Assembly: GCA_963728565.1 (NCBI GenBank)
Contig: CAVSLC010000005.1
Location: 1 to 64,000, forward strand
Reading direction: 5' to 3'
From: an uncultured delta proteobacterium
GTDB taxonomy: Bacteria; Desulfobacterota; Binatia; UBA9968
Length of the DNA stretch: 64,000 nt
Position 1 is the stretch's first letter; every line of letters begins with the position of its first letter. This document shows positions 55,732-64,000 of this stretch, one piece after another. A program made the translations under genes and the position numbers. The notes below the pieces were generated by a model. It searched no databases. It was given only the letters and a program-made list of their open reading frames with translations, and was not told the origin of the DNA.

Positions 55732-56925
55732 TTAAACTTCGCTTCCCAGAATGGCCGCTGCGGTGCAGCCAAAGTTCTTGCCGTAATTGACTGCGCCAAC
55801 GCCGCTGCTGATTCCGAATTTGATGTTCGGGACCTGGCGATCTCCGCCTTCACCGCGAATCTGCCGGACGGTCTCGATCACGTGCAACATGCCACCGGTG
55901 GTCGAGGGTTGGCCACAATTGATCATGCCGCCACTGGTCTGAATCGGCAGATCGCCTTTGAACGTAAAGTCGGTTTTCTCAAAAAAAGCTTTATCGTTCT
56001 TGCCGCAAAAACCGAGATCTTCAATCTGAATCATGACAATCGGAATGTAGTCGTCGTACAGATTCAAACAGCGGATGTCGTCGTGTGTCACGCCCGCCAT
56101 TGCGAAGGCGCGCTTGCCTGCCTGTTCGATCCCGGTGATGAGCGGGTTTGCGCGATAGCGTGGTCCATAGCTGGAATTGTTGCATTCGCCCCAGCCGAGC
56201 AGATAGACCGGCGGCTTAGGCATGCTCCTGGCGCGTTCGGCAGAGGTCATAATGTATGCTTTGCCGCCGTTGGCCGGCATAACGCAATCGAACAGACGAA
56301 TCGGATCGGAGATCAGCCGCGATTTTTTGTAATCTTCGATAGTGATCGGCTTGCGCAAGTAAGCGTTGGGATTGAGTGAGGCATGATAACGCCCAGTGAC
56401 AGCGATTTTGCCGAAGTGATCTTCGGTCATGCCCGATTCATGCATATATCGGCTCATCACGAAAGAAATTTTGCAGTTGGGTCCCATGACGCCGAACGGC
56501 ATTTCATAATCGCGGGTATCAGCGGGAGCGCCGCGATGAGCGCCGCGCTCCGAGAATGGCGCGGCCGCAGCGATCACCAACACGAGATCGCAAAGTCCGG
56601 CGACGATCGCAGCAGCCGCATGGCCCAACAGCGACACCGAGCTGGCACCGCCATTGCCGCCCGCCAGAGAAACGCCCGGCGTAATGCCGAGAATGGCCGC
56701 TACTTCTTCCGGCCAAAAGGGCTGTGAATGATTGGTGGTATAAATCGCCGCTAATCCTTGGCCATCGAAATCTTTCTTGGTTACTCCTGCGTCTGCCATC
56801 GCCAGGCGCGCCGCCCATGCCAAGTACTCGGCTGTGGATTTCCGAGGTTCGCCGGGCTTGCTACCGAGTCGGTCCGTCGGCGTTTCGCCGATTCCCACGA
56901 CTGCTGTTTTTCCTCTTATGCTCAT
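55732..56925 (-). CDS. Thiolase-superfamily protein (SCP-x/Ltp2-like)
   Basis: AVVGIGET, HASLNPNA, PIRLFDC, LYDDY, QTSGG, VRQIRGEGGDRQV; adjacent to DUF35 gene. Confidence 0.88.
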   Translation of the reverse strand: MSIRGKTAVVGIGETPTDRLGSKPGEPRKSTAEYLAWAARLAMADAGVTKKDFDGQGLAAIYTTNHSQPFWPEEVAAILGITPGVSLAGGNGGASSVSLLGHAAAAIVAGLCDLVLVIAAAAPFSERGAHRGAPADTRDYEMPFGVMGPNCKISFVMSRYMHESGMTEDHFGKIAVTGRYHASLNPNAYLRKPITIEDYKKSRLISDPIRLFDCVMPANGGKAYIMTSAERARSMPKPPVYLLGWGECNNSSYGPRYRANPLITGIEQAGKRAFAMAGVTHDDIRCLNLYDDYIPIVMIQIEDLGFCGKNDKAFFEKTDFTFKGDLPIQTSGGMINCGQPSTTGGMLHVIETVRQIRGEGGDRQVPNIKFGISSGVGAVNYGKNFGCTAAAILGSEV

Positions 56926-57190
56926 GTCGAATCCTCTCTCTTGTTTTTCGACAGATAGTGCAGCGTTGAAGAGCTGTCAAGTAACGTGCTGATAAAAGCG
57001 TGACGAAGGGATTGTTTCACCGCCGAGCCATCCTACCTGTCCCGCCCTGTTGATTGATTCTCCGGTATGCGCGCGCTCAACGGTCATGGTGATGGCGGGC
57101 TCGATGAATCGACTGCATTTTTCGTCCATTTGACCGAACCCGGGAGCGCTGACTTCCAATTTCGCCGATCAGAAGTTAAGCTACTTCGAC

Positions 57191-57898
57191 GTGCAATACC
57201 AAGCTAGATACGCGACCTTCGGCGGCGGAGCGGTTACGCCTGCCGTCAAATTCTTGTTAATCGCCAACATTTCGGTTTTTGTTCTTCAGACGTTCCTCGA
57301 CTATCGTTTGATGTATTTATTCGGATTGGTGCCGCAGTTTGTCTGGCAAGATCTCTATCTCTGGCAAGTCTTCACGTATCAATTTTTACACGGCGGCCTG
57401 TTTCATCTTCTACTCAACATGCTGGCGCTGTGGATGTTTGGTTGCGATTTGGAGCGCCGTTGGGGCAGCAGTTTTTTTCTGAAATATTATTTCGTTTCTG
57501 CGGTAGGCGGCGGCATTCTCAATACCCTGTTAGCTCCACATCAAATGGTTCCCAGCATCGGAGCTTCGGCAGGGGTTTATGGGATCTTGCTCGCCTACGG
57601 CCTGATTTATCCGAACCAGATCATCTACTTTTATTTTCTTTTCCCGATCAAGATGAAACATTTCGTGTGGATCATCGGGGCAATTGCGCTTTATTCGTCA
57701 ATCGCCTCTGGGCAGAGCGGCATCGCCCATATCGCGCATTTGGGCGGCATGCTGTTCGGCTATTTCTATCTCCGTGGTGGGAGTCCCTTCGATGGTTTCA
57801 AGCTTTACTTGGCGCAGCGACGATTGGCCCGAATGAAACGACGCTTTCGCGTCCTGGAAGGCGGTAAGGACGACGATTCAAAACCGACTTTGCATTAG
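57191..57898 (+). CDS. Rhomboid family intramembrane serine protease
   Basis: WQVFTYQFLH, HLLLNM, IGASAG, AHIAHLGG. Confidence 0.92.
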   Translation: MQYQARYATFGGGAVTPAVKFLLIANISVFVLQTFLDYRLMYLFGLVPQFVWQDLYLWQVFTYQFLHGGLFHLLLNMLALWMFGCDLERRWGSSFFLKYYFVSAVGGGILNTLLAPHQMVPSIGASAGVYGILLAYGLIYPNQIIYFYFLFPIKMKHFVWIIGAIALYSSIASGQSGIAHIAHLGGMLFGYFYLRGGSPFDGFKLYLAQRRLARMKRRFRVLEGGKDDDSKPTLH

Positions 57899-57992
57899 TG
57901 TTAACGGCTCACTAGGAAAATTTTGCCTTACGGTTTGATAATTGATCAAGATATTGTAGAAAAGGAAAATTATCTTCCGCGAGTCAAACCGC

Positions 57993-59342
57993 ATGAAGAG
58001 AAACAAGAGTCGTTTTCGTAATCTGTTCGACCGGCTTCATCCGCCGGAGCAGAGGCGCCGGTCGGCAGCCATGGCTGTGCTGCTCGGCGCGCTCGCGACC
58101 GTATACTTTCTGCTGCCCGCACCGACGCTGGAATCGTCGAAAGACGGAGAACCTATTGCGCTTGTCAGGTCGTTGCAAACCGGCAACCAGCCGGATCCTC
58201 TTTATCGTCCGCTCGACGAAGAAAGCGCAACCGAGTTCTCACCCAAAACGTTCGACTTGACGCTCCGCCGCGGCGATACCTTGCAGGGCGCGTTGATCAA
58301 ACACGGGCTGACACCCGCTTCAGCCGATGAGTTGGCTAAGCAGCTGCGACCTTTCTCTAATCCCAGAAAATTGCGAGCGGGCGACACTTTTCGTTTGCTG
58401 CTCGACCAGCATAATGGCATTCAGGGGCTCGAGTATTCCGCTGATGGCGCGATCGTTCGCGTTATATCGACCGAGAAAGGTTGGGTCGCCACCCGACAGG
58501 AAGTTCCATTCGTACGTGGAAGCAAAGTGATACGCGGCAACATACGCGGCAGTCTGTTCGAGGACGGAGTGGACGCGGGACTTTCGCCGCCGGAGATCCA
58601 CAAGTTAGTCAACTTATTTGAATACGATATCGATTTTTTCTCGGACCTCCGACGCGGCGACGATTTTTCAGTGATTTTCGAAGAAAAGCAGTATGCCAAC
58701 GGTCAACGCGAGAAGGGGAAACTTCTCGCCGCAGAAATTCATGCTGCCGGATCGCCGTACCAGATTTTTTATTATCAGGGAAAAAAACAGAAAGGCGCCT
58801 ATTACGACAACCGCGGCCGGGCTTTGATGAAAGCATTCCTGCGAGCGCCGCTAAATTATCGGCGGATCTCGTCGCCTTTCCGGATCGATAGAAGGCATCC
58901 GATCTTTCGCACCGTACGTCCGCACCAAGCAATCGATTATGCCGCCCCCACCGGCACACCCGTGGTTGCGGTCGGCGATGGACAAGTGACGTTTTCGGGG
59001 ACTCGCGGCGGTTATGGGCGCATGGTGGAGATTCGCCACGACGACGGATATGTCTCGCGCTATGCACATTTCTCGAAAATCCCTCAGGGGATTCTAGTCG
59101 GCAGGCCGGTCAATCGAGGTGAAGTGGTTGGATATGTCGGTCAGACCGGGCATGCTACCGGTCCGCACCTGCATTTTGAAATGCTAAAGAAAGGCCGGAA
59201 GATAAATTTCCTCGACCTGAAGCTCGCGTCGGCGGACCGGCTCACCGGATCGGAGTTGCGGGAATTTCTGGCGATGCGTGATAGGAAATTAGCTTTGCTG
59301 CAAGCTAGCGTAGCGGCCGCGTCCGAAAACCCTCATTCGTAA
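57993..59342 (+). CDS. M23 peptidoglycan DD-endopeptidase (MepM-like)
   Basis: RRHPI..PHQAIDYAAP.GTPV, YAH, GHATGPHLHFE. Confidence 0.92.
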   Translation: MKRNKSRFRNLFDRLHPPEQRRRSAAMAVLLGALATVYFLLPAPTLESSKDGEPIALVRSLQTGNQPDPLYRPLDEESATEFSPKTFDLTLRRGDTLQGALIKHGLTPASADELAKQLRPFSNPRKLRAGDTFRLLLDQHNGIQGLEYSADGAIVRVISTEKGWVATRQEVPFVRGSKVIRGNIRGSLFEDGVDAGLSPPEIHKLVNLFEYDIDFFSDLRRGDDFSVIFEEKQYANGQREKGKLLAAEIHAAGSPYQIFYYQGKKQKGAYYDNRGRALMKAFLRAPLNYRRISSPFRIDRRHPIFRTVRPHQAIDYAAPTGTPVVAVGDGQVTFSGTRGGYGRMVEIRHDDGYVSRYAHFSKIPQGILVGRPVNRGEVVGYVGQTGHATGPHLHFEMLKKGRKINFLDLKLASADRLTGSELREFLAMRDRKLALLQASVAAASENPHS

Positions 59343-59472
59343 TCAGCAGCATTCTACGGGAGCGGCTGTCGTCTATAAACCCGCTAAACCCGCTCTGCGG
59401 GCAATGCTCGCGTTGGATGCAAATGTCGCTGGGCGTAACGCGCGGACCTGACGGAAGTCAGGCGGCGCGCAT

Positions 59473-60339
59473 TTACAGCTTCTCCCAGGAAATCAGCAAC
59501 ACTCCCATTATTACCAGCGTGGTTGCGCCGATCTTGCGCGCGGTCAGCTTCTCGACATCTTTGAGAAAAATCAATGAGAGAGGCAGGACGAACAGCGACG
59601 AGGCGTTTACCAGTGGAGAGATGAGCGATACTCGTTCCATGCTGAGCGCGGTATAGATGAAAACATAGGACAGGAAATTCATGAAGCCCGAGACAGCAAA
59701 GAAACCGAGGCCGCGCCGCCCGAGTGCACCGAGCGGTTTGTGCTCGGCGAAAACCGCGTAAAACAGCGTCATGGTCACCAGCGACACCACGGATGCAATC
59801 GCCGCCGCCGTGATTGGCGAACCAATCTGGAGAACGCCAACGCGGACGAGGTTGTCCCTTCCGGCAAAAAGAAAAGCCGCCGCTAACGGAAAAAGTAGGT
59901 CGGCGGTGCGCCACGTTTTGGTGGTGCCGCGCCAGGAGAGGGAAACGATTCCTGCAACGATAAAAAAGGCGCCTAGCAGGTTGGTAACCGTCGGACGCTC
60001 GCCAAGAAAGAAGACGGCAAAGACGATTGCAAACAAAGGTGTGCTGTTTGTGAGGCATGCGGAAATGGGCGCGCCGAGGCGCTCCATCCCTTTAAAAATA
60101 AAAAAACGCGCTACGCCCGGAACGAAAATTCCGATAATCACGAATATGAGATTGGCAGGAGCCCGGAGATCGATCGGACTGGAGGAGAATGACAGGTAAA
60201 TGCAGAGACATAGGGCGTTCACGCCAAGATTAGCGAGCAGTCCTTTGAAATAGTCCACTGCCAGAATGCCGCGATTGATAAAGATCATGGAAACGGCAAA
60301 CCAGAATGAGCCGAACAGGGCTAAAAGAATTGCTAACAT
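59473..60339 (-). CDS. DMT/EamA family transporter
   Basis: Two EamA repeats; FFLGERP, FLKDVEKLT; paralog of 54196-55056. Confidence 0.85.
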   Translation of the reverse strand: MLAILLALFGSFWFAVSMIFINRGILAVDYFKGLLANLGVNALCLCIYLSFSSSPIDLRAPANLIFVIIGIFVPGVARFFIFKGMERLGAPISACLTNSTPLFAIVFAVFFLGERPTVTNLLGAFFIVAGIVSLSWRGTTKTWRTADLLFPLAAAFLFAGRDNLVRVGVLQIGSPITAAAIASVVSLVTMTLFYAVFAEHKPLGALGRRGLGFFAVSGFMNFLSYVFIYTALSMERVSLISPLVNASSLFVLPLSLIFLKDVEKLTARKIGATTLVIMGVLLISWEKL

Positions 60340-60540
60340 GAAATTAAACGGCGACCTTATCTGCAGCGGCAATGATGTTCAATGGTTCGCGGCAAAAGCT
60401 TGTCTCGCGCGCTGGTCGTAATGTCACGAGCGCGTTCGTTCGAGAGCGATAAAGAAGATCGCCTAGCCCCATTCAGGCAGGGATGAAATCCGCCTGAGGT
60501 TTGTTACAATGGTCTCATGCTCTTCTTTGGCGTGTCCACG

Positions 60541-60987
60541 ATGGTTCGAATCAGCATAGTTTCTTTTATTGTTGCCTCCTTGACGGGTTCTGCGCCGTGG
60601 GCGATCGCCTCGGGAGCGCGGGGTTTGAGCCGGTTCGATTCTCACGTCTCACGGCAGGCGCAAGGCGTTGCCAGCTCGAACCGAAGAAACGATTCCAGCG
60701 AGAGAGATCCGCATCAGCGCATCCCGGGTTTTCAGCGTCGCCGCCCGTCGCGCATTATTGTCGTGCCGTCGCCGACTTACTACTATTCGCCCTACTATTT
60801 CGTGCCCGCGCCAGCCGTTGTGAATGCGTCCTTCTTTTGTCTCGAGCACGGTGCCGGGTTTATCAGCCGCGTCGGGTTGCTCGATCACCTGGGTGGAACT
60901 CATAAGTTCCCTCTTGAACATGCTGCGGCGATTTGCCCATCAGATGTAGAGACGTGCGTATTCGAAGGCCTGTGGCCGCTTTACTAG
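60541..60987 (+). CDS. Hypothetical exported protein with C2H2-like finger
   Basis: Signal-like N-terminus, Pro/Tyr-rich linker, F-x-C-x2-H-x3-F-x5-L-x2-H-x4-H. Confidence 0.6.
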   Translation: MVRISIVSFIVASLTGSAPWAIASGARGLSRFDSHVSRQAQGVASSNRRNDSSERDPHQRIPGFQRRRPSRIIVVPSPTYYYSPYYFVPAPAVVNASFFCLEHGAGFISRVGLLDHLGGTHKFPLEHAAAICPSDVETCVFEGLWPLY

Positions 60988-61094
60988 GTTAATAGAGAAT
61001 TTTCCCTCAGGCTGAGGTCCGGCAATTTCGTCGATCGGGTTTGTGGAGCTTTCCCAGAATCATCGATCCGGCTATATTCAGCCGAGCTAAGCCG

Positions 61095-62483
61095 ATGAAG
61101 ACTCTGTTAGAAAGGTTCGCCTCGATCACCTCTGCTCAATCGATTACAACCGATCCGGCACTTTTAGATCCTTTATCGTGGGATGCTTTAAGCGAAGGGC
61201 GTGTCCATCCGCTCAGATCGATCGCTATCAACTCGCCTGCCTGCGCAGTTTTTCCGGGTTCGGTGGATGAAGTTAGGCGGATAGTTCTGTTGGCCAATGA
61301 GCTGAAGATGCCCATTATCCCATACGGCGGTGGCTCAGGGCTCATGGGGGCTGCGCTGTCAGTCAAGCCTGGAATCGTCCTCGATTTACGAAGAATGAAT
61401 CAAACTCTTGAGATTGACATCGAAGCGCGTTCTGCACGAGTCCAGGCGGGAATCGTGCTGGAGGCATTGGAGCAACGATTGAACGAGCAGAATTTCATTC
61501 TCGGCCATGATCCGTGGACCTTGCCCGTTGCCACTGTAGGCGGCGCAATCTCGACCAATAGCGTCGGTTACAGAGCAGGCGTTTATGGTTCGATGGGCGA
61601 GCAGGTGCTAGGCTTGGAAGCGGTCATGGCCAACGGAGAAATTCTGCGTAAGCGGGCCGTGCCCAGATCTTCGACCGGACCTGATCTGCGTCTTCTGTTG
61701 GTCGGCGGAGAGGGTTGCTTCGGTATCGTCACAGAGGCGACGTTGAGGATCTTCCCAAAGCCCGAGAAGCGTGTCCTTCGGGGGTTGTTTTTCGAATCGT
61801 TCGAATCGGGGTTTGACGCTATTCAAAAGCTCTTCGCCGCAGGCTTGCATCCGGCGCTGCTGGACTTTGGCGATGATGATGAAAAAAATGAACAAGGAGC
61901 AGTGCTTTATCTGGGTTTCGAAGGAGCTGTCGAAATCGTTGCAGCGGAGGACCGATTGGCTACGGATGTCTTGTTGCGACACGGCGGCAAACATCTACCA
62001 ACAGTTGATGCGGAAACGTTCTGGCACAATCGCCATGCTATAGCGCGGCGTTTTTTGGCTAATCGCTCGCAGCGGCGCAAGCTCGGGCGGGATGGCATTT
62101 ATCGGGACTGGATTCATGTAGCGCTTCCCGCTTCAAAGGTGCTAGCGTTCAGACGCGCGGCCATGGTGGTGATTGAGCAGCACGGAGTAGACCTTCATGA
62201 GAGCGGCCTGTGGATTCAGCCGGAGCTGTTTTCGATGCGCCTCGGCATTGAAGATCATGGTGAACATCAGGCGCAGATGGCGCTGCAACAAACGGTCGAT
62301 GAACTGCTCGGGCTAGCACAAGAAATGGGCGGTTCCATGGAGTACACTCATGGTGTGGGAGTCAAACTTGCGCCGTTCATGTCAAAAGAGCACGGTTATG
62401 GGTTAGAAGTAATGCGCAGCATTAAGAAGATGCTCGATCCCAATAACATCATGAATCCCGGAAAGATGGGCCTCTCATCGTGA
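61095..62483 (+). CDS. FAD-linked oxidase (GlcD/alkyl-DHAP synthase-like)
   Basis: PYGGGSG, ATVGGAISTN, GGEGCFGIVT, HGVG, LDPNNIMNPGK. Confidence 0.9.
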   Translation: MKTLLERFASITSAQSITTDPALLDPLSWDALSEGRVHPLRSIAINSPACAVFPGSVDEVRRIVLLANELKMPIIPYGGGSGLMGAALSVKPGIVLDLRRMNQTLEIDIEARSARVQAGIVLEALEQRLNEQNFILGHDPWTLPVATVGGAISTNSVGYRAGVYGSMGEQVLGLEAVMANGEILRKRAVPRSSTGPDLRLLLVGGEGCFGIVTEATLRIFPKPEKRVLRGLFFESFESGFDAIQKLFAAGLHPALLDFGDDDEKNEQGAVLYLGFEGAVEIVAAEDRLATDVLLRHGGKHLPTVDAETFWHNRHAIARRFLANRSQRRKLGRDGIYRDWIHVALPASKVLAFRRAAMVVIEQHGVDLHESGLWIQPELFSMRLGIEDHGEHQAQMALQQTVDELLGLAQEMGGSMEYTHGVGVKLAPFMSKEHGYGLEVMRSIKKMLDPNNIMNPGKMGLSS

Positions 62484-62645
62484 GGACATAAAGCTGTGTC
62501 GGCGCATGGAGGCGACCTCGACAGGCAACGCTAGACTTGCTTTGACAACGTTGAAAAATGGATATACATAATAGGGTGGAGTACGAGGATTGAGAATCAC
62601 ACGCCTTCAAGACGTACAAATTACAGACAGGCATTTTTAAACTAC

Positions 62646-62671
62646 TGCACCCACCCGGGTGCATTTTTTTT
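62646..62671 (+). terminator. Intrinsic terminator just before the zinc-ribbon gene
   Basis: TGCACCC-ACCC-GGGTGCA followed by T8. Confidence 0.75.
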
Positions 62672-62676
62672 CTTGA

Positions 62677-63421
62677 GTGGGGGAGAAGAAGTTGCGCGCA
62701 CAAATTGAGGTTTTGGCTGCATTACAGATTATAGATCGGGAAATAAGAGAACATGCCGCCGTTAAACAAGGGCTGCTAGGCGAGCTCCAGGAAAAACAGC
62801 GACTCATCCAAGAGAGAAAACAGGAAATTGAAGCGTTGACGGCCGCCTGCGCGGTAAAGGAAAAGCTTCGCCTGGAGAAAGATAAACTGCTGCATGACGA
62901 AACCCAAAAGGCGACCGACAAGCGAATGCGGATGAATCGCATCAAGAACGTTAAAGAGCTGCAGGCTTTGCAGCGCGAGATCGATCAGATCCGGCAGGCA
63001 AATAGTGAGGCCGAAGAAGAATTGCTCAACATGATGGTGGAGATCGATGGCTTAAAGGGAGAGATCAAAGCTAAACAAGAAACGCTTCTTGCAGCGCAGC
63101 AGGATTGGCAACAAAAACAGGAAGGTTTGCAAGCGCAGATCGCCGGGATTGAGCAGGCGGTGGAAAAAGCCTCCATCCGCCGGCAGCGCATCGCGCGAAG
63201 AAATCGACGCTAGTCTCATGTCCCGTTACGAGTTGATTTTTTCACGTCGCGGCGGCAGTGCGGTGGTGGAAGTTACTGCCGGTATTTGCCAAGGTTGTTA
63301 TATGAACATCCCGCCGCAGCTCTGGAATGAGATCATTCGTAGCGAAAAGTTAAATCTCTGTCCTAGCTGCCAGCGAATCCTGCACTACAAAGCTCCGGAA
63401 GGGCAAGAAAAAACGGCTTAG
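62677..63421 (+). CDS. C4-type zinc-ribbon coiled-coil protein (CT398/HP0958-like), frameshift near 63195
   Basis: LQIIDREI, KELQALQREI coiled coil; CQGCYMNIPPQ..CPSCQRIL. Confidence 0.88.
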
Positions 63422-63559
63422 ATAAAGCAACTTACCGAATTCTCGCCTCTCGATTTCACACTGGCCGGTACAGATGACTTGGTTATGTGTCCGGCTGCTC
63501 CGGCTGAACGACATTAGGCTTCTGGATTAGGTTAAGCCATCCGTTAGACGATAGATCAT

Positions 63560-63923
63560 TGGCTTCTGGACCGACCGAGCGCCCAGGAAACCCGCTAGGG
63601 CGAAGCTGGTTGTGGTGCTGCGATCTTCCCTGCCGACGTCAGTCAATTTAGGACCAAGCCGCTCTCCCTCGCAATTAGGAAAACAGATCGCCGGAAATAA
63701 ACCGTTCCGAATGGTGCTCAGTCTTGTGCCCGGTAATTACCAAGAAAAACTCCGAAGGGCATCGCAGTATGGTGTCTTTCCCGCTTTAGCGGGTTAACAT
63801 GAGTTGCTGACAGTCCTCGCGTCAAAGCTATCCTTGGTTTTCGTCGGCTCGACGTTATCGCATCGTTCAGGTATACGTGAAGGGAACAAGATAGCCGATC
63901 GGCTGGCTAAGCAAGACGTCGAT
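63560..63923 (+). pseudogene. Decayed ribonuclease HI family gene
   Basis: Remnants WLL..(stop)GEAGCGAAIF (from 63599) and RYRIVQV/REGNKIADRLAKQDVD resemble DGAxRGNPGEAG and HVxRExNxxADxLAN; lies between the zinc-ribbon gene and rnpB. Confidence 0.6.
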
Positions 63924-63944
63924 CACAGATTTTCAGACGGGCTA

Positions 63945-64000
63945 AAGTGGATTAAGCGATCGCTCCTTACGATTCTGTAATCTAAGGAGAGGAAAGTCCG
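63945..64000 (+). ncRNA. rnpB: RNase P RNA, 5' part (truncated by window end)
   Basis: GAGGAAAGTCCG signature at 63989-64000, preceded by P3-like CTCCTTA/TAAGGAG helix and GCGATCGC. Confidence 0.85.

Noticed and set aside
55633-56379. Long antisense ORFs (also 19706-20497, 48352-49080, 41825-42496)
   Set aside because: Shadows of well-supported genes on the opposite strand in GC-rich DNA; no motifs.
62574-62671. tRNA, 6S or SRP RNA
   Set aside because: No cloverleaf or T-loop, no SRP GGAA-loop motif, too short for 6S.
4690-63200. Scattered frameshifts (about 4697, 6080-6200, 36650, 38065, 40965-41100, 46340-47050, 50605, 63195) as programmed frameshifting or mass pseudogenisation
   Set aside because: Mostly single-base indels in otherwise well-conserved genes, with no shared slippery motif; best explained by long-read error, needs reads to settle.

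Overview
Bacterial chromosomal window of moderately high GC. The gene repertoire (multi-GAF kinases, LLM oxidoreductases, amidohydrolases, NMT1/Bug/TAXI binding proteins) suggests Candidatus Binatia or a related former 'Deltaproteobacteria' lineage; this is an inference. Layout: 1-13.4 kb is a signalling cluster with two giant multi-GAF histidine kinases, two DivK-like receivers, an NtrC-type sigma-54 activator and a REC-adenylate cyclase. 13.5-56.9 kb holds transport, catabolic and redox genes plus ilvD. 57-64 kb holds rhomboid, M23 peptidase, a C4 zinc-ribbon protein, a decayed RNase HI and the 5' end of rnpB. Main observations: (i) a GxxExxY nuclease-fold gene enclosed by 29-bp inverted arms built from a 9-bp-period CACGAAG unit, with empty or degenerate copies of the same arms elsewhere, plus sister families of 7-bp and GTTCAA periodic-arm elements, forming a candidate autonomous/non-autonomous repeat system; (ii) a selenocysteine peroxiredoxin missed by the ORF track (in-frame TGA at the peroxidatic position, SECIS-like hairpin) next to a CGFS glutaredoxin; (iii) shuffling of GAF cassettes between kinases; (iv) two leaders with terminator/antiterminator alternatives; (v) two copies of a CTAG-flanked MITE. 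Many scattered single-base frameshifts look like long-read errors, so pseudogene calls are tentative. No tRNA, rRNA or CRISPR array was seen.
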